Virus record (IMG/VR): IMGVR_UViG_3300032770_000005
Coordinates: 32,001-96,000 of that record
Length of the DNA: 64,000 bases
DNA from: a virus
Strand: one strand, 5' to 3'
Shown here: piece by piece, positions 48,109-57,837 of the stretch
Position numbering within the stretch: the stretch's first letter is position 1
How the letters are laid out: each line of letters opens with the position of its first letter
The notes under the pieces: generated by a model
The model's input: only the letters and a program-made list of their open reading frames with translations
Databases searched by the model: none
Told to the model about the DNA's origin: nothing
Made by a program: the position numbers and the translations under genes

Positions 48109-48580
48109 GAGCCGCCGTCTCGACTACGAGTGCCGCACGATCGTGGTGCGAGAGGCGCGGCTACACGTGCCCGCGAGCGAAGAGCAGGCCCTCGCGGCGA
48201 TCGACAACATGCTCGCGTTGCTCGACCGGGCGGCTGCGGGTGGCGAAGTCAGCGCACAGGAGTGGTCGGCCGCGATGGGCGCATCGCGCCGCGTGCAAGC
48301 GGTGACGTATGCGGCAGCGACGTATGCGGTAGCGGCGGCGGCGGAGACCGCGGACTGGTCGTGGTCGTGGTCGTCGAGGTCGTGGTCGTCGACGGAGGTA
48401 GTGGCGCCGCCGTGGGGGGCGTGGTGGGCGGCGATGCGGGAAGCGGCGTGGGCGGCGTGGGCGGCGCGACCGGCGCGGGCGACCGCGGAGGCGGCGGTGA
48501 AGCGGGCACCTGAGGACCGGATGATCGACCAGATGCTCTCGGCGATGGAGCGCGAAGTGCGCGCGCATGTGAGGCCCTAG
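48109..48580 (+). pseudogene. 5'-truncated fifth copy of the 'MIPxERLDAL' family
   Basis: RRLDYECRTIVVREARLHVPASEEQ...DRMIDQMLSAMERE; N-half replaced by array D. Confidence 0.7.
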
Positions 48581-48654
48581 ACCAGCGGGTATAAGGGGTC
48601 TTACCCGTTGTCTACTTGACAAGCCTGCAACAGGCTGCGAAGATGGGGGCCGAC

Positions 48655-49392
48655 ATGGGCGAAGAGAAGAAGAATCCCGACCTCGGCAGCGACGTGCGCG
48701 GGCTCGTGCAGGCCGTGCTCGACGATCGCCGTCTGCAAGACCTCCATCATCACGCGGTAGCTGCGGGCGTGCACGACGGGCGTGGCGACCAACGGCTCCG
48801 CAAGACGGAGAGCGCTCGCGTCAATGCGCTCCTGTGGGAGTTTGGCTTCGTCTCGGGCCTCGCGATCCTCGACGAGCATGACTCCGCGCGACTGCCCGAC
48901 CGCCTTCTCGCTCTTCTCGACATCGAGCTGCCGACGTGGCGCGACCGTGCCTGGGGCCAGCTGCTCGCGACGCATGTCGCTGGCGCGCAGCAGTTCGTGT
49001 TCTGGGTCGGGTCGGTCGACGTCATCATCGGCGACCTGCTTCCGCCGGAACCGTGGGAGCGCGCCGTGTGGCTCACGCGTGCCGCCGTCTATCGCGGCGA
49101 GGTGCGGCCGGAGCTGGGGCGCCGACTCTGGGAGGCGTGCACGCGCGAACCGCAGGGCGCGGGCGGGTCGCAAGAACTCGCTCGCTGTGCGGAGCTGGAG
49201 ATCGAACGCGCCAAGCTGGCCGCGCAGCTGGACGCGCTGCGCAAGGGCCGCAAGGCGATCGAAGCCGCGCTTGCTCTACTGCCTCAAGCCATGGTGAAGG
49301 TCTGGGAGACGTATCTGGGCGTCGCCGCCGCCGTGGATTGGGGCGCGAGCCCGGAGGCGAGCGGCACGCCCGACATCGAAGGCAAGCCGTGA
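48655..49392 (+). CDS. hypothetical protein with 'LDxELPTWR..AWG..EPWERA' domain
   Basis: Domain repeated twice in 49850-50839; upstream TTGACA (48616) and palindrome AGCCTG-CAA-CAGGCT. Confidence 0.65.
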   Translation: MGEEKKNPDLGSDVRGLVQAVLDDRRLQDLHHHAVAAGVHDGRGDQRLRKTESARVNALLWEFGFVSGLAILDEHDSARLPDRLLALLDIELPTWRDRAWGQLLATHVAGAQQFVFWVGSVDVIIGDLLPPEPWERAVWLTRAAVYRGEVRPELGRRLWEACTREPQGAGGSQELARCAELEIERAKLAAQLDALRKGRKAIEAALALLPQAMVKVWETYLGVAAAVDWGASPEASGTPDIEGKP

Positions 49393-49835
49393 CGCGAGAG
49401 AAGAAGGCGCCGAAGATCGGCGACGGAGGGGCGGACTGCACTTGCGACGGATGCGTCGCCGCGTGCAAGCACAAGCCCGGCTGGCTCGCGCCGGGGGACG
49501 CGGAGAAGATCGCGGCGCACCTCGACGTCCCGGTCGAGCGCCTGTTCCGCGAGAGGCTCGCGATCGACTGGTGGGTCGGCGGGGTCGACGGTGACGAGGA
49601 CGTGCTCGTCCTCTCGCCGGTCGCGGTGGGGCGCGAGCCCGGAGGCGAGTACGGCGAGGACCCCGGCGGCTGGTGCACGTTCCTCGTGAACGACCGCTGT
49701 TCGATCCACGCCGTGAAGCCGCGGGAGTGCCGCCTCGTCGGCCATCCGACGCCGCCAGATCTGCACCGGGAGATGGCGCGCATGTGGGAGACGGCGCAGG
49801 ACCAGATCGTCGAGCTGCGGAAGAACGCTCGCTAG
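49389..49835 (+). CDS. YkgJ-like Cys-cluster protein
   Basis: CTCDGCVAAC, CTFLVNDRCSIHAVKPREC. Confidence 0.75.
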   Translation: MTREKKAPKIGDGGADCTCDGCVAACKHKPGWLAPGDAEKIAAHLDVPVERLFRERLAIDWWVGGVDGDEDVLVLSPVAVGREPGGEYGEDPGGWCTFLVNDRCSIHAVKPRECRLVGHPTPPDLHREMARMWETAQDQIVELRKNAR

Positions 49836-49849
49836 AGGAGAGGCTGAAC

Positions 49850-50839
49850 ATGGACGAGCAGAAGAACACGTACGACGATGACTGCCCGCAGGCTCGCGTG
49901 GCCAAGGATGGCGTGCCCATCCGGGTCGACCTCGACCTCGTGTTCCATCGACTCGACATCGAGTTTCCTCGGTGGCGTACATGCGGATGGGGAGAAACGA
50001 TTGCGACGCACACCGACGAGCGCGGAGCGATCGTGTTCTACGTGGCTTCGCCACGCCTCCACGACTACATCTACAATCCTCCGCCAGACGAGCCCTGGGA
50101 GCGCGCCGTGTGGCTGGTGCGCACCAGGGTTCCGGTCCCGCCGCCTCTTCGGCCTGGGCTCAGCTCCTCCCTATGGGACACGTGGAGGTTCTCGGGTGCG
50201 CGCCAGCGCGAAGGACCGGCGCCGCAGCACGAAGCCTCCGTCCAGAACCGATCGGATGTGGGGCGACGAGAGCCGATGGACGAGCTGCCGGCGGGCGAGC
50301 CGGTGATGCTCGGCGGTGGACTGCTCGCCATTCTCGACGCCGAGCTGCCGACGTGGCGAACGCGTGCGTGGGGCGAGACGTTTGCGACGCACGCTCATGA
50401 GCGCGGGACGGCCGTGTTCTACGTGAACACGGCCGCTCAGAGCATCGAGCCGTGGGTGCGCGCCGGCATCGCGCCGGCCGAGCCGTGGGTGCGCGCGGCG
50501 TGGGTGGTACTCAGGAACGCGTACTTCCTGCCTTCGCTTCGGCCGGAGCTTGGGCGCCGGCTCTGGGACGCGCTCCATACGCGCGAGCCCGACGAGCGGG
50601 AGTTCACTCGCGACGAACTGCTGGCGCAGCTGAAGGAGGAGGGCGCGAGGAGCGCGGATCGACTGCGCGCCTGTGTCGGATGGGAGAACGAATGCCTCAA
50701 GCTGACGCGCAAGTGTGCCGCGCTGGAGGCGGAACTGGACGCCATGCGCGCACGGTGCGGTAAGGCGGAAGCGGCGATCGCTGCGCTGTATCGGGCGTAT
50801 CAGCAGGTCCACGACGTGGGCGACGCTCTGGGCCTCTGA
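49850..50839 (+). CDS. hypothetical protein with two 'LDxExPxWR' domains and a coiled coil
   Basis: Internal repeat; RBS GAGGAG. Confidence 0.65.
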   Translation: MDEQKNTYDDDCPQARVAKDGVPIRVDLDLVFHRLDIEFPRWRTCGWGETIATHTDERGAIVFYVASPRLHDYIYNPPPDEPWERAVWLVRTRVPVPPPLRPGLSSSLWDTWRFSGARQREGPAPQHEASVQNRSDVGRREPMDELPAGEPVMLGGGLLAILDAELPTWRTRAWGETFATHAHERGTAVFYVNTAAQSIEPWVRAGIAPAEPWVRAAWVVLRNAYFLPSLRPELGRRLWDALHTREPDEREFTRDELLAQLKEEGARSADRLRACVGWENECLKLTRKCAALEAELDAMRARCGKAEAAIAALYRAYQQVHDVGDALGL

Positions 50840-51225
50840 TGCGTCGAACGGCGGAGCAAGCCATGAAGGTGATCGACGATCTCGAAGCGAAGCTCGCGGC
50901 GGCAACGCCCGGGCCGTGGCTGGCGGACGTGACGACGCCCGACGACGTGGTCATCTGGGGGCCCGAAGGAAGCGCCGGCGACGGCGACAGCACATTCATC
51001 TTGAACGTGGGCTCTACGCGCGTCAGTCGCGTCGGCGTGGCGTTCGATGCGGACGCCCGGAACGCTGTTCTGATCGCCGCCGCCGTCAACGCGCTGCCAG
51101 CGTTGCTCGCGGTCGTGAAGGCGGCGCAACGCGTGCAAGATGCGTGGATCCGATTCGGGCGCGATGCCGAGGCCGAGAACCACCTCTTCGATTGCCTCGC
51201 GGTGCTTGAGCGGCGCGACCAGTGA
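50839..51225 (+). CDS. Ead/Ea22-like phage protein
   Basis: AATPGPW...NAVLIAAAVNALPALL. Confidence 0.7.
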   Translation: MRRTAEQAMKVIDDLEAKLAAATPGPWLADVTTPDDVVIWGPEGSAGDGDSTFILNVGSTRVSRVGVAFDADARNAVLIAAAVNALPALLAVVKAAQRVQDAWIRFGRDAEAENHLFDCLAVLERRDQ

Positions 51226-51743
51226 TGACGGCCAGCGAGGCGCGGGGCCAGGAGAAAACGATGGAACACGACGAGCAAGAGCTGAGGAAGATGTGGGTGG
51301 CGCGTGCGCGCGACAGGTCGATGACCATGGAGACGCTGCCGGCCTTCCTGAAGGAGCTGGCGGACTTCGAGCACGACTACGGCTCGATCTGCGTCGCCAT
51401 CGGCGCCGCGGCGCTCGCGGCCGCTCACGTCATCGACCGCAGTCCTCGCGGCGGCATCACCGGGTTCCAGGCCGGCGCGGTCGGGTGGGAGTTCCTCCGC
51501 GGCTGGCACCAGTGGCCGGAGGACGGTGTGGGGCACCAGTTGATCGACTTCGATCACCTGCTCTATCCGCAGTACGAGGCGACCTTCACCACGATGTCAC
51601 GCGACGTGTTCGGACGGCTGCAAGAAGCCGCACGCAAGCATCTCGCGGAAGCGGACGCGCACATGCACCCCAACGTGCGCTCGCACCTGCAAAAGATCGT
51701 CAAGGGCCGGGTTCCGTTCGGCCTTGGGCTCAGGGAGCGATGA
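51222..51743 (+). CDS. conserved phage hypothetical protein
   Basis: HDYGSIC, GGITGFQAG, LLYPQY, VPFG. Confidence 0.7.
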   Translation: MMTASEARGQEKTMEHDEQELRKMWVARARDRSMTMETLPAFLKELADFEHDYGSICVAIGAAALAAAHVIDRSPRGGITGFQAGAVGWEFLRGWHQWPEDGVGHQLIDFDHLLYPQYEATFTTMSRDVFGRLQEAARKHLAEADAHMHPNVRSHLQKIVKGRVPFGLGLRER

Positions 51744-52423
51744 TGGGCACGCGGATGGAAGGAGCAATGATGATGGGCACGCAGATGGGGTTCGCTCGGG
51801 CGCTCGTGCTGCTGAAGGACGGGGGTCGCGTTGCCAGGTCCGGATGGGGCAGCAGCATGTGGAGCATGTGGCTCGTGTTGGTACGTGATCGTTATGGAGG
51901 GCCTGGCTTCTCCTACGAGGTTACGTGCAATCATCAGACGCTTGCGGCGGATGATCTGCCACTGCGTCCGCTTCCGTGGATCGGCATGAAGACCGCGGAC
52001 AATGGCTTGGTGCCATGGGCATGTTCGTCGGCCGACCTCCTCGCTGAGGACTGGGAACAGGTGGGCGAGACATACGCGGAAGTGCTTGAGCGCAGCGGTC
52101 GCGATCACGCCGCGGCGCTCGGGCGCGACCGGGCCGAACCTGCGCCGGCCGCCGCGGTGGGTGAGACGGCAGCGAGGCCCGGTGCGTCCCTTCAGGAACC
52201 GGCGCCCGATATCCTGTCGATGCGGGACGCCGAGTACGGCGACGGTGTCGCGGCGAAGATCGAGCGTCAGGTGGCCGGCGGCGACCCGAAGCTGGCCCGC
52301 TACGCAGCTGGCTACGCGCGAGCGGTGCGACCGCTGCTCCTGCGCCTGGCGGAGTCAGAGCGCAGCCGCCTTGCGCTCGCCGAACGACTGTTGACGGCCG
52401 AGCGAAAGGGCGGCGCACGGTGA
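51740..52423 (+). CDS. DUF2829 (Tad2-like) domain protein with C-terminal extension
   Basis: FARAL..LKDGGRVARSGW, PWIGMKTADN.LVPW..S.ADLLAEDW. Confidence 0.78.
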   Translation: MMGTRMEGAMMMGTQMGFARALVLLKDGGRVARSGWGSSMWSMWLVLVRDRYGGPGFSYEVTCNHQTLAADDLPLRPLPWIGMKTADNGLVPWACSSADLLAEDWEQVGETYAEVLERSGRDHAAALGRDRAEPAPAAAVGETAARPGASLQEPAPDILSMRDAEYGDGVAAKIERQVAGGDPKLARYAAGYARAVRPLLLRLAESERSRLALAERLLTAERKGGAR

Positions 52424-52833
52424 CGCGCGAAGCGGCCGAGAAGCCGACTGGGCTGCGGGAAGCCGCGGCCGCAGTCGCAGAGTACCTCGCCGACCCGGTG
52501 CGCTTCGCGGGACCAGAAGTCTTGGAGCAACGCCGCCGGGCGCTCGTCGCTGCACTCGCCGCGACGCATCCGCGCCCCGAGCCCGTGCCGAGCGCGTTGG
52601 AGTCGGCGTGTGCCTGGCTGGACCGAGAGCACACGCCGGGACGCTGGCTCGCGACCATCAGCGGCAAGCGCGACGAGACGTTGGCACATGCGATCGAGCG
52701 CATCGCTCGCGAGTGCGGCTGGATGCCGCCGGCAGAGCTTGCTCGCGTGTCGCAGTTGCGGACGAGGGCGGAGCAAGAGCTTGCGGCGCACTTCGGCCAG
52801 CGTTCCGACGAGCGCGAGGAGGGCGGGCGATGA
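52420..52833 (+). CDS. hypothetical protein (EPVPSALESAC module)
   Basis: Module shared with 53209-54423. Confidence 0.6.
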   Translation: MTREAAEKPTGLREAAAAVAEYLADPVRFAGPEVLEQRRRALVAALAATHPRPEPVPSALESACAWLDREHTPGRWLATISGKRDETLAHAIERIARECGWMPPAELARVSQLRTRAEQELAAHFGQRSDEREEGGR

Positions 52834-53051
52834 CGTGCAGGACTCCCGAGACGTTCGAGGATCTGATGCGACGAGCGCGCAGGTTCATCGACAGGCGGCC
52901 TGTCGAACTGCCGCGGCCCAAGCCGTGGGCCTCGGAACAGGTGCCGCGGCCGACGCCATGGGCCTCGGAACAGGTGCCGCGGCCCAAGCCGTGGGCCGCG
53001 GAGCACTGCGACTGTGGTCGACGACGAGAGCACGACGAGGGCGGACGATGA
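52830..53051 (+). CDS. small protein with 11-aa tandem repeat PRPKPWASEQV
   Basis: 33-nt tandem repeat about 52909-52997. Confidence 0.5.
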   Translation: MTCRTPETFEDLMRRARRFIDRRPVELPRPKPWASEQVPRPTPWASEQVPRPKPWAAEHCDCGRRREHDEGGR

Positions 53052-53208
53052 GCGCACGTACTCAATGGAGGTACATCGCCTGGACGCGCTCTCTGCACTA
53101 TGGAGAGCCATTCCGCGCGTGGCTGCTACGCACGTCGAACCGGCTCGATCGACAGGAAGGCCCGCCATCGCTCGTATGCCGTGTGCTCGATCGTCTCGCG
53201 GGGTGGCC

Positions 53209-54423
53209 ATGACCGCTCGTACCCTCATCGACCGTGACGCGGTGGTCGCGAGGCTTCGACAGCGTGCCGAGGCCGCCGAGCGCGCAGGCCGGCACCAGTC
53301 CGGGCCACACATGATGCCGGAGCACTGGCTCCGCGAAGAGGCCGCCGCTATCGAGCGCGAGCCAGCCGCGTCGGTGCCACCAGCGAGCATCCCGGAGCGC
53401 GAGCGAGCGCTGGTGCGGGAGATGTTCAACGAAGTAGTCGAATTCTGCGCGGAGCTGTACGGCGCGTCGCCAGACGGCTTGAGCGACGAAGATGTTGCGC
53501 GAATCGTCGCTCGGGTGGACGCCACACATCCGCACTCCGAACCAAGGCCAGCGCGGGGGCTTGGTGCCTGCGACGGAGCATCTCCGGCCGCCGCGCCGAA
53601 GGTGTCGTGCAGCAAGTGCCTCGGAACGCGGCGCGTGCTCGACTGTCGAGGTAACGACGACGATCGGTGCCCATGGTGCGCCGACCCGAAGCCCGTGCCG
53701 AGCGGGTTGCGGGAGTGGTTCTCGCGCGTGCTGGACGCTGCTGCCGAGCGTGGGCTCGTCGTCTCGTCGGATGAGCGTGGCATCACCGAGGCGCTCGCCA
53801 GCGTCGGCCTGCCGCCCACCGAGCCCGTGCCGAGCGCGTTGGAGTCGGCGTGCGCGTTCTTGCAAGAGCACAGGCAACAGGTGCGCGAGATCGCATCTGC
53901 CGGCGACGGCACATCGTGGTCCGCTGAGGTTGGTGCGACCAGCTACGGACGGGCGCCGACGCTCACGGGATGCCTGTTCGCCACGGCGCGCTCCCTCGGT
54001 TGGATGCCACCCACGGAACCCAGCCAGAACCCGTTGGAGCGCGCGATGGTGCGTCACGACGCCATCGCACATCAGGCTGACGTGCTCATCGCTCGGTACG
54101 ATGAGCGAGAGCGGTGCGCGAAGGCGTGCGATGAAGCGGCCGACAGGCGCGAAGGAACGTCGCAGGATTTCTGCGTCTCCGCTCTGCGCAATCTCGCCGC
54201 CTGCATCCGCTCGCTCGGTCCCGCCGCGCCGGCGCCGCGCGCGGAAGAGGTGGCGAACATCATGACGAAGCTGATCGTGAAGAAGCTGCGCGAAGAAGTG
54301 CGCGTGCTCCGCGAGCACGAGCGCACGACGCCGAACGAACACCATGCGCTCAAGGCATGTGGTGCAGCGGATGCGTTCGAAGAACTGGCCGCCCGCATCG
54401 AGCGCGAAGGGAGCTGGCGATGA
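53209..54423 (+). CDS. mosaic hypothetical protein containing an in-frame CRISPR repeat
   Basis: Modules shared with neighbours; CSKC/CPWC finger; repeat at 53546-53574. Confidence 0.6.
   Translation: MTARTLIDRDAVVARLRQRAEAAERAGRHQSGPHMMPEHWLREEAAAIEREPAASVPPASIPERERALVREMFNEVVEFCAELYGASPDGLSDEDVARIVARVDATHPHSEPRPARGLGACDGASPAAAPKVSCSKCLGTRRVLDCRGNDDDRCPWCADPKPVPSGLREWFSRVLDAAAERGLVVSSDERGITEALASVGLPPTEPVPSALESACAFLQEHRQQVREIASAGDGTSWSAEVGATSYGRAPTLTGCLFATARSLGWMPPTEPSQNPLERAMVRHDAIAHQADVLIARYDERERCAKACDEAADRREGTSQDFCVSALRNLAACIRSLGPAAPAPRAEEVANIMTKLIVKKLREEVRVLREHERTTPNEHHALKACGAADAFEELAARIEREGSWR
53546..53574 (+). repeat. solo CRISPR repeat core inside a CDS
   Basis: GGCCAGCGCGGGGGCTTGGTGCCTGCGAC. 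Confidence 0.85.
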
Positions 54424-55631
54424 CGCCCGAAGAGCAGGTGCGGCTCGAACCGCGCCAGGTGGTTCTCGATCTCGTACTTGCATACTGCGCGACGATGCCG
54501 ACGTTCGGCCATGCCGCAGTACTGCACGGCAGCCTCGTGTTCGCGGCATGCAACCATCGCGGGCAGTACGTGCACATGTCGCTCCCCGTGCACTTCGATG
54601 GTGAGCCGTTCGGTGGCGACGAGTCGCGGCCGCCTCACTGGGTGCTACGCCAGCTCGGGCCGACCGTGTGGAAGCTGTCGCCGTCAGTGCTCGACGCGCA
54701 GATCCACGCGTACATCACGATCGTGAACGTCCCCGAGGGGGCGTGGACGTCAGGAGGTGTGGTGACCATCGTCGACCGAATCGCGCAACTGCGGGAGGCC
54801 GTATCGAGCCGTGTGCCCGGCCATGGACTCTCGCCTACGGAAGCGAAGCGCGTCTACGACGAAGTACGGCAGCTCGCTGACGCCATCGAGCGCGATGCGG
54901 GCGCGGAGCGCGCCGCCATGCGCGCGATCGTCGCTGCGCTGTTCCCGAAAGAGCCCGACGCGGAGCCGCCGCTCGGCGACATGCTCATGGAGATCGAAGG
55001 GCTGCGGCTCACCAGCGCTACCGCGCCGCGCCCTGGGCGCGCCATCATCGACCGAGACGCGCTGGTGGCCCAACTGCGTGAGACGGCTGCGAAGTACGAC
55101 GGCGACGGTCAGGGCATGGCTGCGCGGGCCTTCGACCTCTACGCCGACCACTTGGAGCGCAACGTAGGGGCTCATGCGGTGCACGACGCGATCTACGTCG
55201 CGTCTTCCTGGAAGAACGAGGAGCAGCCGCGTGTGGTCGAGGCACTGCGGGCCGACGGCTTCGACGTGTACGACTTCCGCAACGACGAGAGCGGCTTCCG
55301 CTGGGTCGATGTGGCGGGTCCGAAGCCGTGGAGCGCCGAGACGCTGACGCAGGCGCTGCTGCACCCGATGGCGGCACGTGCATTCTCATCCGATTTCGGC
55401 GGCATGCTCCGTGCGGCGGCGTGCGTGCTCGTGCTTCCGTGCGGCAAGAGCGCGCACCTGGAGGCCGGATGGTTCGCGGGCCAGAGCCGCCCGCTGGTCG
55501 TGTACATGCCCGAAGCGAGCGAGCCCGAGCTGATGTATCGTCTCGCGCCGCAGCTGCGGGTCGTCTCGTCGCTCGCAGACATCGGCCCGGCGCTGCGAGC
55601 AGTGCTGAAGCGAGAGGAGAGCGGACGATGA
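54420..55631 (+). CDS. fusion ending in a nucleoside 2-deoxyribosyltransferase-like domain
   Basis: IYVASSWKN, GFDVYDF, VLVLPCGKSAHLEAGW, EPELMY; internal AGGAGG plus GTG near 54759-54762. Confidence 0.7.
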   Translation: MTPEEQVRLEPRQVVLDLVLAYCATMPTFGHAAVLHGSLVFAACNHRGQYVHMSLPVHFDGEPFGGDESRPPHWVLRQLGPTVWKLSPSVLDAQIHAYITIVNVPEGAWTSGGVVTIVDRIAQLREAVSSRVPGHGLSPTEAKRVYDEVRQLADAIERDAGAERAAMRAIVAALFPKEPDAEPPLGDMLMEIEGLRLTSATAPRPGRAIIDRDALVAQLRETAAKYDGDGQGMAARAFDLYADHLERNVGAHAVHDAIYVASSWKNEEQPRVVEALRADGFDVYDFRNDESGFRWVDVAGPKPWSAETLTQALLHPMAARAFSSDFGGMLRAAACVLVLPCGKSAHLEAGWFAGQSRPLVVYMPEASEPELMYRLAPQLRVVSSLADIGPALRAVLKREESGR

Positions 55632-56182
55632 AGCGCACACCCAAGAAGAAGACGCGGAAGCCGCTCTCCGGTGACATCTTCGGGATCGGACTACCGCGTG
55701 CGACGAGCGGTAACTTCCGAGTCTACGGAGACGATCCGATCGGCGTGAACCGCGACCGTTGGTTCGCTCGCAAGCGTGATGCTGAGACGGCGGCACGAAA
55801 GCGCTCGCTGCTACGACCAGGCGTCGTCTATGTCATGCACGCTCCGACGGGGTACTGGTCTAAGTACATCGGGGGCACTCGTCGCGTCATCGCGAGCGGC
55901 ACGCGCCGCACACGCCGCAACCAGCCCGTTAGGGTTGTGCTCGTCTCGTACCACGCTGATGGCAGTACTCCATATACCGGCATGCTTCACGACGAGGCCG
56001 ACAACAGTCTTGGACAGGCGGCGCGCGGCTCGCCGCTGCGTCGCGCGATTGCGGCGTCCGGAGCAGCGGATGGCGACGAGATCGAGGTTCGTGTCGTCCG
56101 CACCGGACGGCGTCCATTCGGAGATCGGAAGGTCAGGCTGGTGGCGCCCCACAAGTACGAGCGCGAGGAGAGCGGACGGTGA
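55628..56182 (+). CDS. hypothetical protein (lower GC)
   Basis: Coupled at both ends. Confidence 0.55.
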   Translation: MKRTPKKKTRKPLSGDIFGIGLPRATSGNFRVYGDDPIGVNRDRWFARKRDAETAARKRSLLRPGVVYVMHAPTGYWSKYIGGTRRVIASGTRRTRRNQPVRVVLVSYHADGSTPYTGMLHDEADNSLGQAARGSPLRRAIAASGAADGDEIEVRVVRTGRRPFGDRKVRLVAPHKYEREESGR

Positions 56183-57033
56183 CGCGTGACGAAGCAAGCC
56201 GCTTGCGTGAACTGGTCCAGGCGGCGCACGAGTTCGGCGTTCGCTCGCGCGACGTCGCGCAGGGACAGTGCGGCCCCGAGACATGGGCCGCTTCTCAGCG
56301 GCGCCTGCAATTCGCTGCCGTGGCGCTCTCGCTCGACGACCTGCCCCCGGAGCCGGCGGCCGGGAGCCCGGAAGCTCTCGCGCCAGTATGGGCGCTCGTC
56401 CGCGTGGTCGAGGAGGCGTGCGGCAACGACGCGGGCAAGGTTCTATCGAACATCGACGAGATGGTGCGCAAGACCATCGCCACGGCCCTCGCGATGGAGC
56501 GAGAGCGGTGCGCGAAGGTGTGCGACGAGCGCGCGGACGAGTTCGCCAAGATGCTCAGCGAGTTCCTCGCGCAGGGCGGCTTGAAGGGCGACGCTTGGGT
56601 AAGGACGCAGATGTATTGTGAGCAGGCGTGCACCGGCGACGCGCATCGCATCCGTACTCTGGGTCCTGCTGCGCCTGCATCGCAAGAGCCGTTGCACGCC
56701 GTTGCGGCGGAGCGCGAGCGGATCCTCGCGCTCTGCGCAAAGCATTACAATGCCGCAGTCCAACTGCGACAGCGGCTCGGCGCCGGTGGTGAGCCGCTGC
56801 TGATCGCGAAAGCGAACGCCGCGACTGACGCGGTGGGCTCGCTGTCGGACGAGATCCGCGCTCTCGGCCCCGCCGCGCCGCCCTCGTCTCACGCCGAGGT
56901 GGTGGCGAGGATCGTGGCGAACCTGCGGGAACGAGCAGAGGAATGGAGCCGTGCCCAGAGCGAGAGCGGGTACATCGCGCTTGTTGCTGCGGCAGACGCC
57001 ATCGAGCGCGAGGAGAGCGGGCGGAAGCCGTGA
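56179..57033 (+). CDS. hypothetical protein with repeated ERERCA...LGPAAP modules
   Basis: Internal repeats shared with 53209 gene. Confidence 0.6.
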   Translation: MTRDEASRLRELVQAAHEFGVRSRDVAQGQCGPETWAASQRRLQFAAVALSLDDLPPEPAAGSPEALAPVWALVRVVEEACGNDAGKVLSNIDEMVRKTIATALAMERERCAKVCDERADEFAKMLSEFLAQGGLKGDAWVRTQMYCEQACTGDAHRIRTLGPAAPASQEPLHAVAAERERILALCAKHYNAAVQLRQRLGAGGEPLLIAKANAATDAVGSLSDEIRALGPAAPPSSHAEVVARIVANLRERAEEWSRAQSESGYIALVAAADAIEREESGRKP

Positions 57034-57293
57034 GCCCGTACCGAGAACCAGCGCCGAAGGAGAAGGCCAAGATGTGGAGCAAGGTCAGTGTGTTCTGGCG
57101 CATCACCGGCGCCGCGTGGATGGCGTGGCTCTCGTTCGGCGTCGCGTTCGACTCGCTCCCGACGCTGGACGAGGTGGTGCGCTGGATCGCCATCGGCATG
57201 GCCGTGACTTGGTCGTGCGTCGTATTCGCGCTGGTGGCACGCTGGATCGCCGCGGAGGCGGACAAGCATGGGCGGCACGGAGACGGCACATGA
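57030..57293 (+). CDS. small 2-TM protein
   Basis: SPYREP start, two hydrophobic helices. Confidence 0.55.
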   Translation: MSPYREPAPKEKAKMWSKVSVFWRITGAAWMAWLSFGVAFDSLPTLDEVVRWIAIGMAVTWSCVVFALVARWIAAEADKHGRHGDGT

Positions 57294-57820
57294 CTGATCT
57301 CAGGGAGATCGCCCAACGTTCGGGGCGCACCGCCATCGACCGCGGCTTCGAGCCGCCTTCGTGGACGAACTACCCCGTGAAGATGATGGGCGTGGTGACC
57401 GAGATCGAAGAGGCCATCGCGGCGCTGGAGGCCGAGAGCCTCACGGATGCAGGCGAAGAACTCGCCGACATCGTGCTGCGCGCCACCGACATGCTCGAAA
57501 CGGTCTGGGGTGCCGACTGGAGCGCGTCGCGCATCGAAGATCGTGAGCCCATGACCAGGCTGCTCATGTGCGAGCCGCGCATGGCCTTCGCGCCGCACAT
57601 GAAGATGGTGTGGAAGAGCATCCAGTACTGGCGGCAGACGCTCGATCCGCGAGATCCGGCTCGCGGCGTGGACACGCGCATCGCGCTGGAGCTGATCGTA
57701 CTGGAGACGTTCCGTCTCGCAGACCGGCTCGGCGTCGACCTCATGCTCGTGATGTCCGCGAAGCTCGACTACAATGCGCAGCGGCCGAAGCTGCACGGCA
57801 AGGTCCAGGCGTCGTTCTAG
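57290..57820 (+). CDS. MazG-like NTP pyrophosphohydrolase
   Basis: TEIEEA..EELADIVLR, AKLDYNAQRPKLHGK. Confidence 0.75.
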   Translation: MTDLREIAQRSGRTAIDRGFEPPSWTNYPVKMMGVVTEIEEAIAALEAESLTDAGEELADIVLRATDMLETVWGADWSASRIEDREPMTRLLMCEPRMAFAPHMKMVWKSIQYWRQTLDPRDPARGVDTRIALELIVLETFRLADRLGVDLMLVMSAKLDYNAQRPKLHGKVQASF

Positions 57821-57837
57821 CATCCAGAGAGGCGATC

